DNA of 37,164 nt. Source: a virus. Lineage: Duplodnaviria > Caudoviricetes. The position numbers and the translations under genes are program-made. This document shows, piece by piece, positions 17,988 to 25,676 of this stretch (the first letter of the stretch is position 1; every line of letters starts with the position of its first letter). The stretch covers positions 1 to 37,164 of the IMG/VR virus record IMGVR_UViG_3300037313_001645; one strand, written 5' to 3'. Under the pieces are notes generated by a model, which was not told the origin of the DNA, searched no databases, and saw nothing but the letters and a program-made list of their open reading frames with translations.

Positions 17988-19514
17988 TTAACCGCCCATC
18001 CATCCGCCGCCACTACTTCCACCAGATCCAAAGCCGAATTCGTCGGTGTTCTTTGGACGATCTACAGGTTTTACTTTGGCGCGCTCAAGGCCTGACATGA
18101 TTAAGTATCTTGTCGCGTCCATTAAGTGATCATTTTCTTTTACGATTTTTCCTTTGTCGTCACGTCTGTACAGTCTGTACTCGTAAAGCCAATTGCTCAA
18201 ACTTCGGAAGATTTTTAGGCGCCCGGTTGAAAGCCGCTGCCAAACTTCATAAAGGCCCGATTCAACACCATTGAATGCAGTTTCAATATCGAGACCTTGG
18301 TTATCTTTATAATCTTCAAGAAGCTTCCAGCCGTCCTTTTGAGACCTTCCACGAGCGGCTGGATCAATTACACCAGGAACCCAATCACCCTTTGCCTTAA
18401 TCGCTTCAGCGTGAATACTTGGCTCAGCCTGGCCTCTATAGTGCTCGGCATATAAGTAAACAACATCGTTCTCCCGGTCCCAAGCACCCCAAATTACAGC
18501 GGTCCTTTTCCAACCGACATCCATGCCGTAAACTCTTGGCCAATGAGGTGGAATATCAAACGGATCAACTGTGATATCAGATTCCGGAACCGGAAAGATC
18601 GCGCCTGATCCAAGTTGTGGAACCCCTTTTGAACGCGCATCTCTCTGGTAAGGTGGAATTGCATTCCACATGATCTCTTTGGTTTTTGCCGATAAATGCG
18701 GAACATCGTCCCATGTGGCCATAACGACGTACTTCGAAGCCTCTTCGCGGTCGACAATTTCACCACCAGGAAGAAACGACATAACTGTTTCTGACATACC
18801 TTCAAGTGGCGTAAAAGTTAGAATCATTAAGCCTTGTTCTTCGGCTATTTCAGGATTTGCGGTATCCGTAGTTCGAAGTAAACACTCGGTGTAAATATCA
18901 AGTGGCGGCTCCTCATCAAGCCAGATTAAATCTTTCTTTGTTCCTTGAAACGAAATCCTTCCCTGATCATAAGACTTAAACGAAAGCTGACTTACCCCGC
19001 CTGTTACATGTTTTACAAACACCGAATCTAAAGTGTCAGAGATTCCAGGTCGTCTTGAGTAGTCTACAATTAGATGCTTCGGAATAAGGCCGGTACCAAT
19101 TTCGCCCTTTGCGATATTGCCCATCATCTTTAATTGGATAATATCCCTAACAGTCTCCTTTGTGTCTCCAGCGGCCCAACTGTCAATTGGACGCGTAAAG
19201 GTTTTCCCTTCCCACCAGGCCGGATAGAGGCCCGTCAAATGGCATGTGGTTTCAAACCCACCAGCACCTTCCGTTTTACCAACGCGATTACCAGCAAGAA
19301 ATAGTCTTTCGATTTTAGAAGCACCGGCTTTGAAGAATGCTACATGTTTCGGATAAAGCTCACGACGAAGTGGTCCTTCATCAGGATAATAAGTGAAGAA
19401 CTTTCGCTCCTTTTTCCTTCTCTCCTGCTCTTCCAATGCCTGCGCAAGCGCGATCTTTTCTTCGCGACTCATTTCCGCCAGGCGCTTTTCTAAGAGCTCT
19501 TTGTCTTCGATCAT
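17988..19514 (-). CDS. terL: Terminase large subunit (P22 gp2-like)
   Basis: Walker A AGNRVGKT, Walker B IWLDEE, motif III TFTP, nuclease motifs GMDVG and DHLMDATRY. Confidence 0.95.
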   Translation of the reverse strand: MIEDKELLEKRLAEMSREEKIALAQALEEQERRKKERKFFTYYPDEGPLRRELYPKHVAFFKAGASKIERLFLAGNRVGKTEGAGGFETTCHLTGLYPAWWEGKTFTRPIDSWAAGDTKETVRDIIQLKMMGNIAKGEIGTGLIPKHLIVDYSRRPGISDTLDSVFVKHVTGGVSQLSFKSYDQGRISFQGTKKDLIWLDEEPPLDIYTECLLRTTDTANPEIAEEQGLMILTFTPLEGMSETVMSFLPGGEIVDREEASKYVVMATWDDVPHLSAKTKEIMWNAIPPYQRDARSKGVPQLGSGAIFPVPESDITVDPFDIPPHWPRVYGMDVGWKRTAVIWGAWDRENDVVYLYAEHYRGQAEPSIHAEAIKAKGDWVPGVIDPAARGRSQKDGWKLLEDYKDNQGLDIETAFNGVESGLYEVWQRLSTGRLKIFRSLSNWLYEYRLYRRDDKGKIVKENDHLMDATRYLIMSGLERAKVKPVDRPKNTDEFGFGSGGSSGGGWMGG

Positions 19515-19759
19515 TATCGGACTTTCTTAAGCTTCTTTTCTTTTACTTCTTCAAACCATTCCAATGGCTTTAATCCTGAATGACAGTTGACGCACTTTGC
19601 TTCTAATAAAACCTTCATTGAGTATTCAATTAGGTCGGAAGCTTCATGAGGACCATATTGACCAGGACCGATTGTTTGTCTGATTGAGAAAACGCTTCCG
19701 CACCCTGTGCAATGAGTTCGCGTGATTACTTCGAATGAATATTTATCCCGTAAGCCCAT
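19514..19759 (-). CDS. Hypothetical Zn-ribbon protein
   Basis: CTGC...CVNC; translationally coupled. Confidence 0.6.
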   Translation of the reverse strand: MGLRDKYSFEVITRTHCTGCGSVFSIRQTIGPGQYGPHEASDLIEYSMKVLLEAKCVNCHSGLKPLEWFEEVKEKKLKKVR

Positions 19760-20037
19760 TATTTCTGCTCGATTCGAAATTCCAAATACTGGTCCTTGAA
19801 ATCAATGGACTTAATATCATGTTCTTTAAGTTTTCCCCAAACCGCCATAATCATCTCTCTCAGATGAGTAACATATTCATCTCGCACAGTTTGTTGCGCT
19901 GACAATTGCGCCATATAAATATCATTGTAGTTTTCACTGCTTTTATTGCGGTAACGGTCTACCAGTTCGTTGGCAGCTTTTAGTTTTGTTTCTAATTCTT
20001 CAATCTTTGCATCTTTATCAGTCTTCTTAAAAAGCAT
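19759..20037 (-). CDS. Hypothetical coiled-coil protein
   Basis: GGAG RBS; coupled ORF. Confidence 0.6.
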   Translation of the reverse strand: MLFKKTDKDAKIEELETKLKAANELVDRYRNKSSENYNDIYMAQLSAQQTVRDEYVTHLREMIMAVWGKLKEHDIKSIDFKDQYLEFRIEQK

Positions 20038-20048
20038 CAGTTCACTCC

Positions 20049-20273
20049 TTATTTAATTATGCTAAGCTTTCCAACGACTGTAGTCTCATCCACTGTTCGT
20101 ACTCCGTGGATCGTGTCGATTTCATACTGAACTGAATCAGGATTTTCTGTGACATCCTGAACCATTCCAAATGAACGAGTTCCAGGAACGTCTTCAAAAT
20201 TTCCCTTTTTGGTTCTTTTAAAGGCCGTAATTGAACAAACTAAAATATCACCGACTGCAAACTTTGCTTTCAT
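20049..20273 (-). CDS. Hypothetical SH3/KOW-like small protein
   Basis: KFAVGDIL start; AGGAGG RBS. Confidence 0.6.
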   Translation of the reverse strand: MKAKFAVGDILVCSITAFKRTKKGNFEDVPGTRSFGMVQDVTENPDSVQYEIDTIHGVRTVDETTVVGKLSIIK

Positions 20274-20288
20274 TATTCCTCCTTGGGA

Positions 20289-21026
20289 TTAAAAATCGCC
20301 TTCGTCAAAATCTTCTGGAACACTATCAACTTCCTTAAGAGTTGGGTGATTTCTCACGGCTGAACGATCAAACATCTTCCATGAATAATTAAAGAGCGGA
20401 TTGTGCGTGTTTCCTTTTAAGTTGTACTCAGCATCACTGAAAGAAACCTTTACGAAAGTTCTTACACCTGGGAACTCCGCGGGCGCTGCTTTATGGACAA
20501 CTGTTTGATCTATTCTTAATAAAGATCTACAAGTTGCAGTGAAGTTAAATCTTTCATCAGCCTGCTGTTCGAATTCTTCAATTGATTTCTCATGATCCGG
20601 AGTTACACGAAATGGCTTGCGATTAAATATTGTTGGCTGGGCCGAATACCAAATGTAATTCACATCGTTCGTTAGAAACCCATCAGCATGCCAGCCTGGC
20701 CGTTTCTGTGTTTTTCCAGCTTCGACAAAAGAACACTCATAGCTCAAGTAAGCATACTTAAAATGATTCTTTTTTTTCTGTTCTTCGTGAGTTACACATT
20801 CCTGGATAATGCCCTTTAAAGGCTCCAAGCCAGGCGGAAGCCTTAAATCAAATCTTGATGGCATTAATATCGGCATATACAAAATATAAGCGCCATAAAT
20901 TTCTGGGACATCAATTGAAGATTTAATAACTTCAGGTCTTCCACCTAAAGTCATAAACCCTTCGGTTTCGATATCATTAAGAGCTCGAAAATTTGGAAGG
21001 TAATCATCAGCAGCTGCGAAATTCAT
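20289..21026 (-). CDS. 2OG-Fe(II) dioxygenase-like protein
   Basis: RPGWHADG (HxD), distal VVH and RTFVKV residues typical of the DSBH facial triad. Confidence 0.7.
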   Translation of the reverse strand: MNFAAADDYLPNFRALNDIETEGFMTLGGRPEVIKSSIDVPEIYGAYILYMPILMPSRFDLRLPPGLEPLKGIIQECVTHEEQKKKNHFKYAYLSYECSFVEAGKTQKRPGWHADGFLTNDVNYIWYSAQPTIFNRKPFRVTPDHEKSIEEFEQQADERFNFTATCRSLLRIDQTVVHKAAPAEFPGVRTFVKVSFSDAEYNLKGNTHNPLFNYSWKMFDRSAVRNHPTLKEVDSVPEDFDEGDF

Positions 21027-21329
21027 TTAACCCCCAAGCCTTTTCAAAACATCAACGCTCGTGTGTCCATCCCATAAATAAGATGGATCTTCATGAATGA
21101 TGTCTTTAATGAGTGGTAAGTATTTATCCGGACAATGATAACTGACCTGGCCTGCCTGGGTTTCTAGATATAAACAAAACCAACCCTCATAATCGTGCTT
21201 CCAGGCACAATAGTCAGGTTGCATGAGGCACAGGTTTATAAAAAGCAAGCAACGATGATCATAGAGCTCAGAAAATGTGTGGTAGCCATCAGAGATGTCG
21301 TTACCAACAATTTTAAAAGTCTTGCTCAC
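21027..21329 (-). CDS. WDGH-domain protein
   Basis: DGYHTFSELYDHR, GQVSYH and WDGHT motifs. Confidence 0.75.
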   Translation of the reverse strand: MSKTFKIVGNDISDGYHTFSELYDHRCLLFINLCLMQPDYCAWKHDYEGWFCLYLETQAGQVSYHCPDKYLPLIKDIIHEDPSYLWDGHTSVDVLKRLGG

Positions 21330-21619
21330 TACTTCCCCCGAATCTGCTTAACTAAAGGAGCTGCTTGATCGGCGAACTTCTTTGGCACCGCAAGCGTTTG
21401 GTGAGCTAGGCAGCATTTCTTAAATTTGAGTCCACTTCCGCAATAGCACTTCTCATTGCGTGGATATTTAAGCATAGGGTTCCACTTAAAGCCTTGTTTT
21501 GGTCTGTACTTGTGGATCTTTCTTTCCGGTGCAATCACGTTCACCACTGAACCAGGCTTAGAAGCTGCCTTAAACGGCTCAGTTAACTTTTTTAATATTT
21601 CTGGAATTGGTATCTTCAT
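21329..21619 (-). CDS. SEC-C motif (Zn-binding) protein
   Basis: RNEKCYCGSGLKFKKCC. Confidence 0.8.
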   Translation of the reverse strand: MKIPIPEILKKLTEPFKAASKPGSVVNVIAPERKIHKYRPKQGFKWNPMLKYPRNEKCYCGSGLKFKKCCLAHQTLAVPKKFADQAAPLVKQIRGK

Positions 21620-21728
21620 TTATTCCTCCATGAATAAAACAATTACGTAAGAGACAAAAATCATAAAGACTAAGAGCTTTAGGTCTGTTTGAATCGGAGT
21701 CGTCACGAATCCGTACACTCACCCTCCA

Positions 21729-21896
21729 TTAAAAACAGTAATCATTATCTTCGTCCTTAAAAGCGTAATGCGCTTTCTCGGGTTCAACTTTGTATATAGT
21801 TTCAAGAAGTACACAAAACTGCTCAGAGTCGAGCATTAGAGGCTTCTTGCTAGACGCGCATCCTGATATTAGTAGAGCTAATAAAAGGAGTTTCAA
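21729..21896 (-). CDS. Small lipoprotein
   Basis: TTG start gives MKLLLLALLISG-C lipobox. Confidence 0.55.
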   Translation of the reverse strand: MKLLLLALLISGCASSKKPLMLDSEQFCVLLETIYKVEPEKAHYAFKDEDNDYCF

Positions 21897-21976
21897 TCCC
21901 AACCTTCCCAAGCCTCTTTTCCTGCCCAAAATATCCAGGCTATAAATGCAACTACTGCGATGATGGCGAATGTCAC
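21893..21976 (-). CDS. 27-aa single-TM peptide (not in ORF track)
   Basis: MTFAIIAVVAFIAWIFWAGKEAWEGWD; start and stop overlap both neighbours; GAGG RBS. Confidence 0.45.
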   Translation of the reverse strand: MTFAIIAVVAFIAWIFWAGKEAWEGWD

Positions 21977-22257
21977 TCAATCACCTCATAAGTTTGTTCA
22001 AAGATGTCTTTCTTGCATGGATAAATTTCGCCTTTTACGCCGGTGATTAGCATATCGTTTGGCGTGAAATTGTGAGTTCCTTCAAGCGTCGGGATTAAGT
22101 AACACTGATCATTCTCATGTGTAATGTGATGACCTTTGTACTGAAAAGACCAGGGCATTCCATTAATAATATTGGCACCGTTAGCTTTACCGTACTCAAC
22201 GAGCTCATCAAAAGTAATTGCCTCAATGACAACCGGTTTCTTTCTATACTTACTCAT
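21973..22257 (-). CDS. Conserved phage protein of the YRKKPVVIEA...TLEG...YPCK family (candidate nucleotide sponge)
   Basis: KYRKKPVVIEA, IPTLEG and GVKGEIYPCKKDIFEQTYE motifs. Confidence 0.75.
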   Translation of the reverse strand: MSKYRKKPVVIEAITFDELVEYGKANGANIINGMPWSFQYKGHHITHENDQCYLIPTLEGTHNFTPNDMLITGVKGEIYPCKKDIFEQTYEVIE

Positions 22258-22862
22258 TCAATCACCTCGCGGACTTTGATTTTATAGGCCTTCATCTGAT
22301 CACCGAGAGACAGCTCTTTATAGTCACTAACTACCTTTGGCCCACTTACCCAGACTTCGCCCTCCCATGCCTCGCGCTTGATTTGGAATTCTGCTTTCTC
22401 TAACTGCTTAAATGTGTAAGAGCTGGTAAAGGTTTCTTTGGTTAGCCAGATTGTCCAGAATTTATTACCATCGTGTTCAAATCGAACTCTAAACTCTTTC
22501 CCAGCCTTAATCTCTGGCCATGCCTCTTCGAATGTGAGTGATTTTTCTTTTTGCAATTCTTTTGCAGCTTCCACTAAATTCCTCCCTATTTGTCTCATGA
22601 GATGTTCACAGACTCTTTCGATGTATTCTTCAACAGCAGATTTTTTGTCTGTTTTTGGTTCTGATATTTCATAAACTCCAGTTTTGTGAACTCCTGGCAT
22701 TGTGACGGATTGTGGAGTTTTCATTAGCTCATTCACCTTCTCAATTGCCCTAATCTTATCCCAGATGTTACCATCCCTGGGTCCGATGCCGATCCATGGA
22801 TTACACGAAGGGCACGGAAGTATTGCATGCCACCAGCTATGGAGATTGCAGGTTGTACTCAC
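22254..22862 (-). CDS. Hypothetical protein with weak Tad2/DUF2829-like internal motif
   Basis: LTFEEAWPEIKAGKEFRVR; N-terminal Cys/His cluster. Confidence 0.45.
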   Translation of the reverse strand: MSTTCNLHSWWHAILPCPSCNPWIGIGPRDGNIWDKIRAIEKVNELMKTPQSVTMPGVHKTGVYEISEPKTDKKSAVEEYIERVCEHLMRQIGRNLVEAAKELQKEKSLTFEEAWPEIKAGKEFRVRFEHDGNKFWTIWLTKETFTSSYTFKQLEKAEFQIKREAWEGEVWVSGPKVVSDYKELSLGDQMKAYKIKVREVIE

Positions 22863-23038
22863 TTACGTTTCCACCCAGCATTCACAGCTGCTTGCCATGA
22901 TTCAAAGCTTACAATCTTTGGCTTTTCCTTTTCGGTGTCCTCAATCAGGCAGAAAATAAAGTCACCAATCTCGCTCTTCGTGACTTTACCCTTGAAGGTT
23001 CCCTTTAAATCCTGATGCGTCCATACTAGTCTTTTCAT
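22859..23038 (-). CDS. 59-aa hypothetical protein (not in ORF track)
   Basis: AGGAG RBS; ATGA overlap with the sigma stop; MKRLVWTHQD...GWKRK. Confidence 0.6.
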   Translation of the reverse strand: MKRLVWTHQDLKGTFKGKVTKSEIGDFIFCLIEDTEKEKPKIVSFESWQAAVNAGWKRK

Positions 23039-23568
23039 TTGGTCTCCTTTAAATATTTTTGCAAATTTATCTCTAGCTTTTTCTTAATGTATCTGTTGAT
23101 GTCAGCAAGTAATTGTGAGACTCGGCTTTCCGAAATACCAAACACGTCTCCTATCTCCTTGAATGTAAGCCCCCACTCAAAATAGAGCTTTAAGACTGCC
23201 CGATTTCTTCCTTCTAACTCAGCCATTAGTTTTTCATATGATAATTTGGAATGAATGAACTCGATGAAGTTCGCATCTTTAATTCGATTTAAACTTTCTC
23301 CGCCATTTTGCGCTAAACTATTTTCTAGTGCAATTCTGGCTTCGTACCCTTTGTGGGTTTTCTTTCCACTTCTTTCTCGAAGGTAATCGATTACTGCGTG
23401 ATCAATGGTTTGTTTCCCACTCTGATTTTCAAGGAAACTACAAATCACAGATTGAGCACAATCTTCCCAGTCACTAAGTCTACCTGTCTTTAGGAAGTAG
23501 GACACCTTAATGCGCCTTCTTAAGTCCTTCACGTGATCTTCGTTTGTAAAGTCTATTCGTCCAGACAT
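23035..23568 (-). CDS. Sigma70-family factor with FliA/WhiG-like region 4
   Basis: Region 2-like EDCAQ...AVIDYLR; region 4 VLKLYFEWGLTFKEIGDVFGISESRVSQL. Confidence 0.8.
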   Translation of the reverse strand: MSGRIDFTNEDHVKDLRRRIKVSYFLKTGRLSDWEDCAQSVICSFLENQSGKQTIDHAVIDYLRERSGKKTHKGYEARIALENSLAQNGGESLNRIKDANFIEFIHSKLSYEKLMAELEGRNRAVLKLYFEWGLTFKEIGDVFGISESRVSQLLADINRYIKKKLEINLQKYLKETK

Positions 23569-23584
23569 GCACGCACCTTAGTTA

Positions 23585-23659
23585 TGGCGGGGAATAGGAG
23601 AATCGAACTCCTGCCTTCTGATCGACAATCAGATGTTCTCACCATTAAACTAATTCCCC
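23585..23659 (-). tRNA. tRNA-Asp (GTC)
   Basis: GGGGAAT/ATTCCCC acceptor stem, G discriminator and CCA; anticodon arm TCTGA-TTGTCGA-TCAGA; T-arm AGGAG-TTCGATT-CTCCT. Confidence 0.88.
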
Positions 23660-23660
23660 A

Positions 23661-23739
23661 TGGTCAGAGTGGCAGGACTTGCACCTGCATATTTCCGCGT
23701 CCAAGGCGGATCCACGCCTATTTCTGGATTCACACTCTG
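23661..23739 (-). tRNA. tRNA-Pro (TGG), atypical D and T arms
   Basis: CAGAGTG/CACTCTG acceptor stem, ACCA end; anticodon loop CTTGGAC; T-loop TGCAAGT. Confidence 0.65.
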
Positions 23740-23749
23740 TCTTAATTTT

Positions 23750-23983
23750 CTACCAACCTTCTTTTCGCATGATCGATTTGATCATGGCTCTTACAAATCT
23801 TGGATCAAACCCGTATTCCAAATACTCCGCTTCAACTTTCTTAATCCCGTAGCGCTTTATGTTTCCAACCATCATGGACCGAAAGTCTGGTGCGAAATCA
23901 CAAACAACCAAGTTAACCGGAGATTTGTCTCCGACGCTTTGCTTGGTTTCGTTTTTGTTTTGATCCTCTTCGTTCATGATCAT
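23750..23983 (-). CDS. Hypothetical protein
   Basis: ORF in the terS operon. Confidence 0.5.
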   Translation of the reverse strand: MIMNEEDQNKNETKQSVGDKSPVNLVVCDFAPDFRSMMVGNIKRYGIKKVEAEYLEYGFDPRFVRAMIKSIMRKEGW

Positions 23984-24119
23984 AAATTTCCAATCGCTTT
24001 TCGGCGAAGTGAGCGGCCAAAATCCTAGAAATTTTATTTTCTCTTTTTAGAGTCTTTGATTTGATGACCAAATCTCTTGGAATTTTTTTGTTTGGCCCTT
24101 TTGATGATTTGCTGCTCAC
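23913..24119 (-). CDS. Basic hypothetical protein
   Basis: GTGA overlap with the terS stop. Confidence 0.4.
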   Translation of the reverse strand: MSSKSSKGPNKKIPRDLVIKSKTLKRENKISRILAAHFAEKRLEIYDHERRGSKQKRNQAKRRRQISG

Positions 24120-24628
24120 TTCTTAACCCCCAATAATTTTTTAATCGTCTCTTCTAGATCTTTGTCTGATGCACTTGTGACCGTGGTGTTATTGTTGTTA
24201 ACGATCGTGTCGACTTCATCTGGCTGCTTGTCTCGCCACTTGATTATGTTTTTGGCTGTGAAGATCCCAAAGGCTGCGTTGATGAGGCCCTTGTTACCGT
24301 TAACTGCGAGATAGTTTTCTTGGTAATCCTTGGCTCTGTTATAGGCGCCGGAAAATTCTGGATGCTTTAATGAGCCATCTTCATTCTTAGCTGTGGCCCA
24401 TTCAAGGAGAGTGTCTCTAGAAACACCAATCTTAATCGCGAAACCTGCAAGTGTAGGCATGTCTGAAGGAACATCGACCGTGATATCAACGACGTCACCT
24501 TTTTTGGTTACGATCTGCTTTTTCTCAGTCTTATACGGAGGCTTGCTGAAATACTCAATGAGGTCATCGATGAACTGATCATCGTACTTAGTCGGTTGTC
24601 CGGGTTTTCTCTTTTCTTTTTTTGCCAT
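24116..24628 (-). CDS. terS: Terminase small subunit (P22 gp3-like)
   Basis: GQPTKY, PTLAGFAIKIGVSRDTLLEWA, HPEFS.AY..AK and GIFTAKN motifs. Confidence 0.8.
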   Translation of the reverse strand: MAKKEKRKPGQPTKYDDQFIDDLIEYFSKPPYKTEKKQIVTKKGDVVDITVDVPSDMPTLAGFAIKIGVSRDTLLEWATAKNEDGSLKHPEFSGAYNRAKDYQENYLAVNGNKGLINAAFGIFTAKNIIKWRDKQPDEVDTIVNNNNTTVTSASDKDLEETIKKLLGVKK

Positions 24629-24705
24629 ACTAAAATTTTATCCCGGTTACACCTTTAGTTTAGCTACAGTTTATTTATAGTTCGTTCCTTGCTAACCTTT
24701 TAAGC

Positions 24706-24951
24706 ATGAACGCTTTCGACGAAACCATTACTGATGAAGATCTCCAAAAACTTACTGCAGCTGAGGCTGATTACAGCGATCTTTTCGGTCCCTATGAGGG
24801 AACTAAAGAATTAGCTTCAGTCACTCTTTGGATTCCAAAAGACCTAAAACTTAAATACGAGCGACTCCAAAAGAAATCGCGCCGAAAAGTAGGTCAAAAA
24901 CTTAAACAAAACTTCATCGCCTGGCTCGAAAAAATCCAAGAACCTGCCTGA
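24706..24951 (+). CDS. Ribbon-helix-helix-like small regulator
   Basis: SVTLWIPKDLKLKYERL strand-helix pattern; divergent from terS. Confidence 0.5.
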   Translation: MNAFDETITDEDLQKLTAAEADYSDLFGPYEGTKELASVTLWIPKDLKLKYERLQKKSRRKVGQKLKQNFIAWLEKIQEPA

Positions 24952-24955
24952 GTTT

Positions 24956-25029
24956 CGCCAAGACCGGATCTCATCCATGATCACCGGCCCGCGGGCGCTT
25001 TAACCTTGCTCGTCCTGAGCGTGGTTAAA
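24956..25029. terminator. Tandem hairpins between convergent genes
   Basis: TTTAACC..GCTC/GAGC..GGTTAAA (24999-25029) and a CCGGATC/GATCACCGG stem. Confidence 0.5.
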
Positions 25030-25369
25030 AAGTCTTAAGTATTGAATGACACTGCTCTGGCTGATCTTGCTGTGGTTTTGGAAGTTTTGAAGCCAGTAAT
25101 TCATCAAGCTTCACAGCAAGTTCTAAACGGCGTCTTGTGCCGAGTTTCTTATAAATGTTTGTTAGATGAAACTTCACCGTCTTTTCAGTAACGAAAAGAG
25201 TGTTTGCGATTTCCTTGTTGGTAACCCCTGTGATGAGTTCCGCAACGACTTCAGTCTCTCTTTTTGAGAGACCATATTCTTTTTCTAGAACATGGGCTTT
25301 ATCCAAAACATCCTGTTTTGCGATCATCAGTTTCTCCCTGTGATTTTGGTCCAATGTGTTCCCTAGCAT
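25025..25369 (-). CDS. Solo LuxR-type HTH regulator
   Basis: GLSKRETEV...GVTNKEIANTLFVTEKTVKFHLTNIYKKLG. Confidence 0.9.
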   Translation of the reverse strand: MLGNTLDQNHREKLMIAKQDVLDKAHVLEKEYGLSKRETEVVAELITGVTNKEIANTLFVTEKTVKFHLTNIYKKLGTRRRLELAVKLDELLASKLPKPQQDQPEQCHSILKTF

Positions 25370-25383
25370 TAAGTCAAACCTGT

Positions 25384-25440
25384 TTATTGCACGGTTAGAA
25401 CTACCTTATTACACGGTTGAAATAATGTTTGTTTACGGTG
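25384..25440. promoter_or_regulatory. Three phased operator repeats (22-bp period)
   Basis: TTATTGCACGGTT (25384), TTATTACACGGTT (25406), TTTGTTTACGGTG (25428). Confidence 0.65.
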
Positions 25441-25463
25441 CTTAAAAATGATTCAATTTATGT

Positions 25464-25676
25464 ATGACTGAAGGCCAGAAAAAAGAACTTCCAGTTAGAA
25501 AATCCTCTGAAGATTACCGTAAGCGCACCATCTATCCATCCAAAGAAGCTGATGAGATCTATGCCCTCGGAAGCCTTAATGGTTGGGATGTTAGCAAAAT
25601 TGCTCGTGAGGCGTTTGAAGAGGCGATGTTTAAGTATGAAGCCCAACTTAAGAAGCCGGCTCCAAAGAACCGCTAA
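25464..25676 (+). CDS. Ribbon-helix-helix-like small regulator
   Basis: KRTIYPSKEADEIY...DVSKIAREAFEEAM pattern; divergent from luxR. Confidence 0.55.
   Translation: MTEGQKKELPVRKSSEDYRKRTIYPSKEADEIYALGSLNGWDVSKIAREAFEEAMFKYEAQLKKPAPKNR

Noticed and set aside
3650-18894. Many plus-strand ORFs antisense to structural genes
   Set aside because: Shadow frames of long minus-strand genes with no RBS or motifs; 17637-17963 is the exception
21329-21619. secA gene
   Set aside because: Only the short SEC-C motif is present, with no ATPase domains
24950-24990. Possible hammerhead ribozyme (GATGAG...CGAAAC on the minus strand)
   Set aside because: It lacks the CUGA core; better explained as hairpins between convergent genes
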